48,989 nt of DNA, from the NCBI GenBank assembly GCA_035607175.1, contig DATNCP010000195.1, positions 1 through 48,989 on the forward strand, written 5' to 3'. Source of the stretch: Burkholderiales bacterium. GTDB lineage: Bacteria; Pseudomonadota; Gammaproteobacteria; Burkholderiales; SG8-39. The notes under the pieces were generated by a model. It worked only from the letters and a program-made list of their open reading frames with translations. It did not search any database and was not told the origin of the DNA. A program made the translations under genes and the position numbers. Positions within the stretch are counted from its first letter, which is position 1. Every line of letters starts with the position of its first letter. Below, one piece after another: positions 33,879-41,345 of this stretch.

Positions 33879-35924
33879 ATGGCGGCGCTCGCCCTCGCTG
33901 CGGCCCTGCTTGCCTTCGGCGCCGGCCCGGAACCGCTCGCAGAGCGCGTCGCGCGGCTGCTCGACGCGCGCGGTCTCGGCGAAACATTGACGCTGATCGA
34001 CAACACCCTGCGCCACGAGGCGCCGACGCCGCCTGCCGCGCCGCCCCTTGCCCGCGAGCTGCTCGCGCGCCCGCTCGACGCGCTCGATGCGCAGGCGATC
34101 TTCGAGCGCAGCGTCCCGGAAGCCCTGCGGCGCATCACCCTCGATCCCGCGCCGTCGGCAACGCAGCCGTTCGATCGCCTGCTCGACGCCTATATCGAAG
34201 AACTGGCCTCGATCCAGGCCGACCTGCTCGCCGCCACCGGGCCTTTCGACGAGGCGAAAGTCCTGCGGGAGCTGAGTGAAGGCGTCCTCGGCGCCGATGC
34301 ACAGCTCGAGATCGGCGCGGCAGTCGATCGCGAAGCGCTCGACCGCGTCAACCAGCGCTTCATCGCCGCGACCGCCCGCCTGGTGCGCGAGCTGCGTGCG
34401 GCGCGCGACTGGCCGGAGCCGGGCCGCTTCCCATCGGCGATCGGCACGGTCGTCATCGGCTCGCGCGGCAACGATCGGCACGGCCCCGCGGCGCTCATCC
34501 TCGACCCCGGCGGCGACGATGCCTACGAGCGGGCGCCGGCGACCGGCGGCGCGATCGCGGTGATCATCGACCTCGAAGGCAACGACACCTACCGTGGCGC
34601 CGATTTCGCGATGCGCGGCCTGTCCGCGCTGTTCGACCTCGCCGGCGACGACCGTTACGAGATGCAGGGCCCGGGCCTCGGCATGGCGCTCGCCGGCGCC
34701 TCGCTGCTCTTCGACCAGTCGGGCGACGACAGCTATCGGCTTCCCTATTTCGGCCAGGGCTTCGCCTTGTTCGGCATCGGCGCGCTCATCGACCGCGGCG
34801 GCAACGACCGCTACGAGATCGAGGCCTGGGGCCAGGCGCTCGCCTTTACCGGCGGGCTCGCGCTGCTCTGGGACGCCGGCGGCGACGACCGCTACACCGC
34901 GCGCGGCGTTCGCGACAGCTACGACCGCGGCGGCGGGTTGAGCGGCGCGCAGGGCGCGGCGATGGGTATCCGCACCATGCTGCCGGGCGGCGTCGGCATC
35001 CTGCGCGACGACGGCGGCGACGACGTCTACGTGGCGGAGATGTTCGCCCAGGGAACGGGATACTTCTACGGCGTCGGCCTGCTCTGGGATCGCGGCGGCG
35101 ACGATCGCTACCAGGCGATTCGCTACGCCCAGGGCACCGGCGTGCACGAGGCGGTCGGCGTGCTGCGGGACGAGGGCGGCAACGATCGCTACGCCATGAG
35201 CTTCGGCGTCGGCCAGGGGATGGGCCTCGATCTCGCGGTCGGCGCGCTGGTCGACCTCGCCGGCGACGACCACTACGCCGCGCGCGAGCTCGCCCAGGCG
35301 ACCGGCACGGCGAACGGCATCGGCGTGCTGCTCGATGGCGGCGGCGCCAACCGCTTCGAGATCGGCGAAGGCGAGCTGCAGTGGGGACACGCGGAATGGC
35401 TGCGCGGCATGCCGACCTTCGGCGTTTTCCTCTACGACCCGGCGCGAGCCTCGTTCCTGAGCGGCGGCAAGCCGCTCGCCGCGCCGCCGGCGCCGCGCAA
35501 GGCGCTCGAGCGCGAGCCGCAAGCCAAGTGCCCGCCCGGGGTCACGGTCGCGATCGCGGAGATCGAGTCGCTGCGACGCGACCATTTCGACGCCGCGTAC
35601 GACATCGGCGGCCGCTTGCGCTGCGCGCTCGGCGATCCGCAGGCGCACGCGGCGCTCTGGCAGGCTCTCGACGCGGAGCTGGCGCAGCATCCCTTGTCGC
35701 CGCTCGCGGGATGGATCGCGGTCGCCTTCGGCGCCCATCCGCCGCCGCCCGCGCTCTACCAGCAGGTGCTCGAGCGGCTCGACGCGCATCCCTATTGCAG
35801 CGTGCGCGCTCAGGCGCTCGTCGCCGTGCCACGCCCCGACGTCGCGCGCCGCGCGCTCGGCTCGAGCTGCTTCCGGCTGCAGGCGGCCGCGACGCGGGCG
35901 CTCGAGAAGCTCGGCGAGCGCTAG
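33879..35924 (+). CDS. large repeat protein: 12 x 'GG(D/N)DxY' units (predicted beta-solenoid) plus HEAT-like C-terminus
   Basis: 681 aa. aa ~194-496 carry G-(G/N)-D-x-Y motifs spaced 22-28 aa apart (GNDRH, GGDDAY, EGNDTY, AGDDRY, SGDDSY, GGNDRY, GGDDRY, GGDDVY, GGDDRY, GGNDRY, AGDDHY, GGANRF). The N-terminus MAALALAAALLAFGAG is hydrophobic. Confidence 0.7.
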   Translation: MAALALAAALLAFGAGPEPLAERVARLLDARGLGETLTLIDNTLRHEAPTPPAAPPLARELLARPLDALDAQAIFERSVPEALRRITLDPAPSATQPFDRLLDAYIEELASIQADLLAATGPFDEAKVLRELSEGVLGADAQLEIGAAVDREALDRVNQRFIAATARLVRELRAARDWPEPGRFPSAIGTVVIGSRGNDRHGPAALILDPGGDDAYERAPATGGAIAVIIDLEGNDTYRGADFAMRGLSALFDLAGDDRYEMQGPGLGMALAGASLLFDQSGDDSYRLPYFGQGFALFGIGALIDRGGNDRYEIEAWGQALAFTGGLALLWDAGGDDRYTARGVRDSYDRGGGLSGAQGAAMGIRTMLPGGVGILRDDGGDDVYVAEMFAQGTGYFYGVGLLWDRGGDDRYQAIRYAQGTGVHEAVGVLRDEGGNDRYAMSFGVGQGMGLDLAVGALVDLAGDDHYAARELAQATGTANGIGVLLDGGGANRFEIGEGELQWGHAEWLRGMPTFGVFLYDPARASFLSGGKPLAAPPAPRKALEREPQAKCPPGVTVAIAEIESLRRDHFDAAYDIGGRLRCALGDPQAHAALWQALDAELAQHPLSPLAGWIAVAFGAHPPPPALYQQVLERLDAHPYCSVRAQALVAVPRPDVARRALGSSCFRLQAAATRALEKLGER

Positions 35925-35936
35925 TCGGCCGCCGGC

Positions 35937-36557
35937 TTACAAGCCGCGCGAAACGCCGTTCTGCAAGCGCATCACTTTCCAGAAGAGAGCGACGCGCGAA
36001 ATCTGCACCAGCTCGTGGCCGTTGACCACGTTGCGCAGCTCGAAATCGGGATGGAAGCCAAGCTTGTCGGAGAAGCGCGCCAGGCCCTTCTCCACCGCGC
36101 CGATCACCGGGTTGTCGGAGCGCACGTGATTGACGAGGTAGATCTCGCCGGTCGGCTTGCAGACGCGATGCAGCTCGGTCAGCAGGCGGCCGGGGTTGGG
36201 CACCACGGGCAGCACGTACATCGCCACGATCTTGTCGAAACTTGCCGCGGCGAAGCTCATCGCCTCGGCGTCCATCTCGAGCAGCGCCTCGACGTGGGCG
36301 AGCCTGCGCTTCGCCACCCGCCGGCGCGCCTTGTCCAGCATCTCGCGCGACACGTCGATACCGGTGACGCGCACGTCGGCGGGATACAGGTCGAGCGACA
36401 GGCCGGTGCCAACGCCGACCTCGAGTACCCGCTCGCCCGGCTGGCACTTCAGCGCTTCGATGACCGCCTTGCGCCCCGGCTGCAGAACCGGGCCGAACAA
36501 GGCGTCGTAGAAGCCGGCATAACGGCGATACGCCGCCTTCACCGTATCGAGTTGCAT
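35937..36557 (-). CDS. class I SAM-dependent methyltransferase (PmtA/UbiE-like)
   Basis: Motif I VLEVGVGTG. 206 aa. Overall resemblance to small phospholipid N-methyltransferase-type enzymes. Confidence 0.75.
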   Translation of the reverse strand: MQLDTVKAAYRRYAGFYDALFGPVLQPGRKAVIEALKCQPGERVLEVGVGTGLSLDLYPADVRVTGIDVSREMLDKARRRVAKRRLAHVEALLEMDAEAMSFAAASFDKIVAMYVLPVVPNPGRLLTELHRVCKPTGEIYLVNHVRSDNPVIGAVEKGLARFSDKLGFHPDFELRNVVNGHELVQISRVALFWKVMRLQNGVSRGL

Positions 36558-36666
36558 GGACGGCGATTATGGATGGCGTCACAAAAAATTTCCGTTACGG
36601 GATCGATTTGCCCCCGGCTGGTTCGTCGTAAACTTCTCCCGATTGCGCTGAAATGGAGAAAAGGTC

Positions 36667-37182
36667 ATGAGATTCATGAAGATAGCGATCCTCGTGGTCG
36701 CCCTCCTGGTGGGCGCCGTGCTCATCCTGGCGGCGATGCGGCCCGACACCTTCAAGGTGCAGCGCGAAGCGACCATCCAGGCGCCGCCGGAGAAGGTCTA
36801 TGCACTGATCAGCGACTTCAAGAGCTGGGGCGCGTGGTCGCCTTGGGAAAAGAAGGACCCGCAGATGAAGCGGACCTTCGGTGACAGGACCTACGCCTGG
36901 CAGGGCAACAAGGAAGTCGGCGAAGGCAGGATGGAGATCGTCGAGGCGGTCCCGCCGTCGCGGGTGAAGCTCAAGCTCGACTTCCTCAAGCCGTTCGAGG
37001 CGCACAACATGGTCGATTTCACGCTGCAGCCCAAGGACAAGGCGACGCAGGTGACCTGGGCGATGCAGGGCGATACCCCGTTCTTCTTCAAGATCGTGCA
37101 TCTCTTCATGGATATGGACCGGATGGTCGGGCGCGATTTCGAGGCCGGCCTCGCCAACCTGAAGGCGGCCGCGGAGAAGTGA
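36667..37182 (+). CDS. SRPBCC-family (polyketide cyclase/dehydrase-like) protein with N-terminal membrane anchor
   Basis: 171 aa. TM/signal segment KIAILVVALLVGAVLILAA is followed by ..APPEKVYALISDFKSWGAWSPW.., typical of SRPBCC proteins. Confidence 0.7.
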   Translation: MRFMKIAILVVALLVGAVLILAAMRPDTFKVQREATIQAPPEKVYALISDFKSWGAWSPWEKKDPQMKRTFGDRTYAWQGNKEVGEGRMEIVEAVPPSRVKLKLDFLKPFEAHNMVDFTLQPKDKATQVTWAMQGDTPFFFKIVHLFMDMDRMVGRDFEAGLANLKAAAEK

Positions 37183-37490
37183 GTCCTGCCGAGAAGGAGC
37201 CACGGCGCGCCGAAGTCGACGCGCTCGAGGGTCCGACGCTGCTCGAGTTCGGCAGCCCCTGGTGCGGGTACTGCCGCGCCGCGCAGCCGCTGATCGCCAG
37301 CGCGCTCGCCGGGCATCCGCGCGTGCGGCACCTCAAGATCGCCGATGCCGCCGGCCGCCGGCTCGGCCGCTCCTTCGCCGTCAAGCTCTGGCCGACGCTG
37401 GTGTTTCTGAAGGACGGAAAGGAAGTGGAACGAATCATCCGGCCCGGCGGGGTCGAAGCGGTCCGCGCTGCCCTGCAGAAAATCGACTAG
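37179..37490 (+). CDS. thioredoxin-family protein
   Basis: WCGYC active site. 103 aa. GTGA overlap upstream. Its stop shares CTAG 37487-37490. Confidence 0.8.
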   Translation: MSPAEKEPRRAEVDALEGPTLLEFGSPWCGYCRAAQPLIASALAGHPRVRHLKIADAAGRRLGRSFAVKLWPTLVFLKDGKEVERIIRPGGVEAVRAALQKID

Positions 37491-38923
37491 AGCAGGTCCT
37501 TCCACTTCGCGCGCGTCTTCTCCTGCAGCTCCTTGCTCGCCTCGGCCACCGCTGGGAATGCGTCCTTGTGGTCCCACGGCCGGCAGGCGTCGATGATCGC
37601 CTTGGAGCTGAACGGCGCGCTGTACGGATAGGCGATGAACATGGGATCGTTCTTCGAGCCCATGCCGCGCTGGATGATGTCGATGTCGATCGCCGGGTCG
37701 GTGCGGGTCGCGACCGCCCACATCACTTCCTGCAGGTTCGACGGGTCGATGTCCTCGTCGACCACGACCGAGTAGCGCGACATGTACGCGCCGACGCCGC
37801 ACTGGCTGAGGATGTGCCCGGCCTGGCGCGCGTGGCCGGCGTAGCGCTGCCGGATGGCGACGACGTTGAACATGCGCGCGCCGCCGATCTCGTGCGCCCA
37901 GACCGCCTGCACTTCGGAAACGCCGGCTGCGTTGAGCGCGTCCTGCAGCAGCGCCGAGCGCATCACCGCCTTCGAGTAGGAGTAGTCGTTGGGCGGTTTC
38001 GCCGGCGGCGAGCCCATCAGGATGGGGTTCCTGCGGTAGTACACCTTCTTGATCGTCACGCACGGCGCGCTTCCGGCCTTGCCGGGGTAGTAGCCGTGGA
38101 ACTCGCCGAACGGGCCTTCGGTGCGCTCGTCGTTCGGCTCGATGAAACCCTCGATGACGATCTCGGACGCCGCGGGGACCGGGAGCCCCGTGGCTTCGCC
38201 TTTCACGCAGAGAATCTTTTCCTTGAGGATCGCCCCCATGTAGTTGTACTCGCACATGCCGAACGGCACCTCGATCCCCGAGATGAGATAGCCGAGCGGA
38301 TCGCCGCCGAGCACGATCGCCACCGGGAAGCGCTTGCCGGCCGCCTTGTACTTCTCGTACTGGATGCGGCCGTGCTTGCCCGGCACCATGTCGAGCGCGA
38401 CGTGGTTGCGGTCGAGCATCTGCACGCGGTAGGTGCCGACGTTCACCCAGTCCGAGTCGAAGTCGCGCGTCACCACCGAGCAGCCGGTGCCGATGTAGCG
38501 CCCGCCGTCCATCTCGTGCCACAGCGGCGACGGAAAGGCGAGCAGGTCGACTTCCTTCTGGGTATTTTCGAAGACAGGACCGGTCGCAGCGATGACCGGA
38601 TCGTATTTCGGCGCCTCGGCCTGCCACTGCGCGGGCTTGCCGCGCAACGTCTCGACCAGCCCCTTGTGGGTCTTCTGGATCGGCAGCCGCAGGATCGACG
38701 AGAGGCGCGCCGGGCTGCTGGTGCTGCAGGTCAGCACGCGAAAGCCCTTGGGGTAACCCGTGATCTCGTCGAAGAGCAGCGCCGGCGGCAGGTCCTTCTT
38801 GACGTTCAGCTCGCTGATGGCGCCGAGCTCGAGGTTCCAGTCGGCGCCGCGCACGTCCTTGAGCTCGCCGAGCTCGCCCACCTGCGCGAGCCAGGGCCGC
38901 AAATCCAGCGGGTTACCGGTCAT
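37487..38923 (-). CDS. UbiD-family (prenylated-FMN-dependent) decarboxylase
   Basis: 478 aa with family-wide resemblance (..LLFDEITGYPKGFRVL.., ..GPFGEFHGYY..). Confidence 0.85.
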   Translation of the reverse strand: MTGNPLDLRPWLAQVGELGELKDVRGADWNLELGAISELNVKKDLPPALLFDEITGYPKGFRVLTCSTSSPARLSSILRLPIQKTHKGLVETLRGKPAQWQAEAPKYDPVIAATGPVFENTQKEVDLLAFPSPLWHEMDGGRYIGTGCSVVTRDFDSDWVNVGTYRVQMLDRNHVALDMVPGKHGRIQYEKYKAAGKRFPVAIVLGGDPLGYLISGIEVPFGMCEYNYMGAILKEKILCVKGEATGLPVPAASEIVIEGFIEPNDERTEGPFGEFHGYYPGKAGSAPCVTIKKVYYRRNPILMGSPPAKPPNDYSYSKAVMRSALLQDALNAAGVSEVQAVWAHEIGGARMFNVVAIRQRYAGHARQAGHILSQCGVGAYMSRYSVVVDEDIDPSNLQEVMWAVATRTDPAIDIDIIQRGMGSKNDPMFIAYPYSAPFSSKAIIDACRPWDHKDAFPAVAEASKELQEKTRAKWKDLL

Positions 38924-38975
38924 GGCGCGGGCATTATAAGATCGCCCCGGGGAAGACCTTTCAGGGGAGGTTCAC

Positions 38976-39518
38976 ATGGCAAACGCAACGCCAGCGGTCA
39001 ATCCATACGCGAAACCGAATGCCGCCGTCGCCGAGGCGGGGGAGCAGTACCAGGACGTCAAGATCTTTTCGACGGCCGGGCGCATCGGCAGGGTGCGCTA
39101 CATCGCCTACGGCATGGGGATCTACTTCCTGTTCGCCATTCTCGGCGCGCTGCTCAGCGCCGTGCTCGGCAGCGCGGGGATGGTCATCGCGTGGATCGCC
39201 ATCATGGTGGTGGGCTTCATGCTCACGATCCAGCGCTGCCACGACTTCAACACTACCGGCTGGCTGTCGCTGCTGCTGCTGGTGCCGCTGGTGAACCTGA
39301 TCTTCTGGTTCATCCCGGGCACCGACGGCGAGAACGACTACGGCGGGAAGACGCCGCCCAACGGCGTTGGCGTGATCATCGCCGCGTGCATCGTGCCGAT
39401 CATCGCGATTGTCGGCATCCTCGCCGCGATCGCCCTGCCCGCCTACCAGCAATACGTGCAGCGGGCGAAGCAGACGCAGATGCAACAGCAGCAACAGCAG
39501 CAGGCGCCGAAGCGCTAG
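38976..39518 (+). CDS. DUF805 (YhaH/YhaI-like) inner-membrane protein with extra C-terminal pilin-like helix and poly-Gln tail
   Basis: DUF805 core (GRIGRVRY.., TIQRCHDFNTTGWLSLLLLVPLVN, GENDYG). This is followed by IVGILAAIALPAYQQYVQRAKQ and QMQQQQQQQ. Confidence 0.75.
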   Translation: MANATPAVNPYAKPNAAVAEAGEQYQDVKIFSTAGRIGRVRYIAYGMGIYFLFAILGALLSAVLGSAGMVIAWIAIMVVGFMLTIQRCHDFNTTGWLSLLLLVPLVNLIFWFIPGTDGENDYGGKTPPNGVGVIIAACIVPIIAIVGILAAIALPAYQQYVQRAKQTQMQQQQQQQAPKR

Positions 39519-40204
39519 CCGGCGCGGTTGACGACGAACGCTTCCGAGCGTTCGAGAAAGCCTTCGACCAGCTCGAGCATGCGCTCGGGCTGGTCGACTT
39601 CGATGTTGTGCGCCGCATCCCAGACGTAAACGAGGAATGATTTGGCGAGCCGGCTCTTCAGGAGCCGGACGCTTTCCCGGCCGATGATGCGGTCCTCGGT
39701 GCCGTGCAGGATCAAGGTGCGGTGCTTGATCGTTTCAAGGGTCTGCAACAGCTCCAGATCCTTCCCGTCCTCGGCGCCATAGTGGGTCAGCATCCGCCGG
39801 TTTTCGGCTTCCACTTCCCTGGTCTTCGAAACCGGAAAGGCCTTCTCCGGGTGGACGAAGAGTGCCTTGCGAAACTCGGCGGGATCGGCACGCAGCTTCG
39901 CGTCGATGGTCTGCAGCCCGGCCGGGCATTCCAGCACCAGGTGATCGACGAGCTCCGGCCGCAGGATCGCCAGCCAGAGCGCGACCGCGCCGCCGAAGGA
40001 GCAGCCCAAGATGTCGCACGGGCCGCCGATCTCGCGGTCGATGTACTCGCCGACCCATTTCCCGAGGGCTTTTCTCGAATTAAGTCCGGCAACCGTCGGT
40101 GTTCCGTCGAACCCCGGAAATACCGGCTGGCGCGGCTTCAGCTTCTCCAGCACTTTCGTCGGCCGAACGCCGCCGGCAGGATGCAGGTAGACGAGCGGCC
40201 GCAT
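39515..40204 (-). CDS. alpha/beta-fold hydrolase
   Basis: Nucleophile elbow GCSFGG. 229 aa. The start shares one nt with the upstream stop (TGATG). Confidence 0.75.
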   Translation of the reverse strand: MRPLVYLHPAGGVRPTKVLEKLKPRQPVFPGFDGTPTVAGLNSRKALGKWVGEYIDREIGGPCDILGCSFGGAVALWLAILRPELVDHLVLECPAGLQTIDAKLRADPAEFRKALFVHPEKAFPVSKTREVEAENRRMLTHYGAEDGKDLELLQTLETIKHRTLILHGTEDRIIGRESVRLLKSRLAKSFLVYVWDAAHNIEVDQPERMLELVEGFLERSEAFVVNRAG

Positions 40205-41325
40205 CACAAGTCCCGCACTTCGGGATGCACGCGGTCGCGGAAGAGCTCCATGCCGCGCCTCACCACCGCATCGGGCAGGTTGCCGACCTTCATGGTGAAG
40301 TTGAACACGCCGTTGCCGAGCTCGCCGTGCACGCGCCGGATCTGCTTCACCACGCTCTGCGGGCTGCCGCAGAAGATCATGCCGCCTTCGATCTGCTGCT
40401 CGAGCGTCGCCGCTTCGCGCTTTGCGAGGCGCTCGCGCATGCGCTCCGCGTTCGCGGCTTCCTGGTAGTAGCGGCTCTTCTGCAGCACGAGGCGGCCGGC
40501 GGTGCGCGGCCCGCCCATGAGGACACGATCGAAATACTCCTTTGCGCTCTTCAATGCGGCCATCGCCTGTGAATCCGTGTCGGCGATGCACGTATGCATT
40601 CCGATCAGAATGTTCTCGGCCTTCGGCTCCCATCCCGCCTTGCGCGCAGCCTCCTTGTAGACCGCGATGCATTCCTTCGCCATCGCGAGATCCGAGATCA
40701 GCACCATGCCCATCGTCGCTTTCATCTCGCCGGCGAAGCGGGCCGACTCGGGGCTGGATGCGGAGATGACGAGCGGCGGATGCGGCTTCTGCAGGGGCTT
40801 CGGCCAGATCGAGATCTGCGGGAACGTGAAGTACTCGCCCTGCCAGCCGAAGGGCTCGGGCTCGGTCCAGCAGCGCAGGATCAGCTCGATCGCCTCGCGC
40901 TGCCGCGCCCATGACTTGTCGGGGTTGATGTTGTAGGCGATGTATTCGTGCGGGATGCCGCGCATCAGCCCGGCGATCAGGCGCCCGCCGCTGATGCAGT
41001 CGAGCATCGCGTATTCCTCGGCGATGCGCACCGGATTGTTGAGCGGCACCAAGTTGCCCATCATGGCGATGCGGATGCGCCGGGTCGCGTGGGCGAGCGC
41101 GCCGCCGATGACGTTGCAGTTCGCCATCAGCCCGTAGGGGCTGAAGTGGTGCTCGTTGCAGCCGACCCAGTCGAAACCGCAGTCCTCGGCGTGGATCATG
41201 GCGTCGAGGTAGGCGCGGTAGTAGCCGTGCGCCTTGCCGGCGTCGAAGTCCCGGTTGGGGACCGGCCACTCGGCGGACGCCTGCGCGTCCGTATAGGGCA
41301 TCAGATGGAAGAACGAGAACTTCAT
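40204..41325 (-). CDS. LLM-class (luciferase-like) flavin-dependent oxidoreductase
   Basis: 373 aa. MKFSFFHLMPY.. is the typical LLM N-terminus, and the family resemblance holds throughout. Confidence 0.85.
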   Translation of the reverse strand: MKFSFFHLMPYTDAQASAEWPVPNRDFDAGKAHGYYRAYLDAMIHAEDCGFDWVGCNEHHFSPYGLMANCNVIGGALAHATRRIRIAMMGNLVPLNNPVRIAEEYAMLDCISGGRLIAGLMRGIPHEYIAYNINPDKSWARQREAIELILRCWTEPEPFGWQGEYFTFPQISIWPKPLQKPHPPLVISASSPESARFAGEMKATMGMVLISDLAMAKECIAVYKEAARKAGWEPKAENILIGMHTCIADTDSQAMAALKSAKEYFDRVLMGGPRTAGRLVLQKSRYYQEAANAERMRERLAKREAATLEQQIEGGMIFCGSPQSVVKQIRRVHGELGNGVFNFTMKVGNLPDAVVRRGMELFRDRVHPEVRDL

Positions 41326-41345
41326 CGCCGGGTCCGAACTATACG

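Noticed and set aside
34458-35366. Recurrent DNA strings such as GGCGGCGACGACCGCTAC / GGCGGCAACGA(C/T)CGCTAC at ~66-84-nt (once ~135-nt) intervals. These could be mistaken for a tandem DNA repeat or CRISPR-like array.
   Set aside because: The period is irregular (66-84 nt, with one ~135-nt gap) and the intervening sequence is not spacer-like. Everything is in one open frame encoding the GG(D/N)DxY protein repeats, so this is coding-level repetition only.
33195-35789. ORF 33195-35789 (minus strand, 864 aa), and ORF 30737-33253 (minus strand, 838 aa) as single giant genes.
   Set aside because: Only their 3' portions (Crp-like 33195-33869; dioxygenase 30737-31777) are protein-like with sensible starts. 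The 5' parts are antisense to the repeat protein and to the FAD oxidoreductase.
39478-39506. CAG/CAA run (CAGATGCAACAGCAGCAACAGCAGCAG) that could be read as a trinucleotide microsatellite.
   Set aside because: It is short and interrupted, and simply encodes the poly-Gln tail of the DUF805 protein. There is no evidence of phase-variable length from a single sequence.
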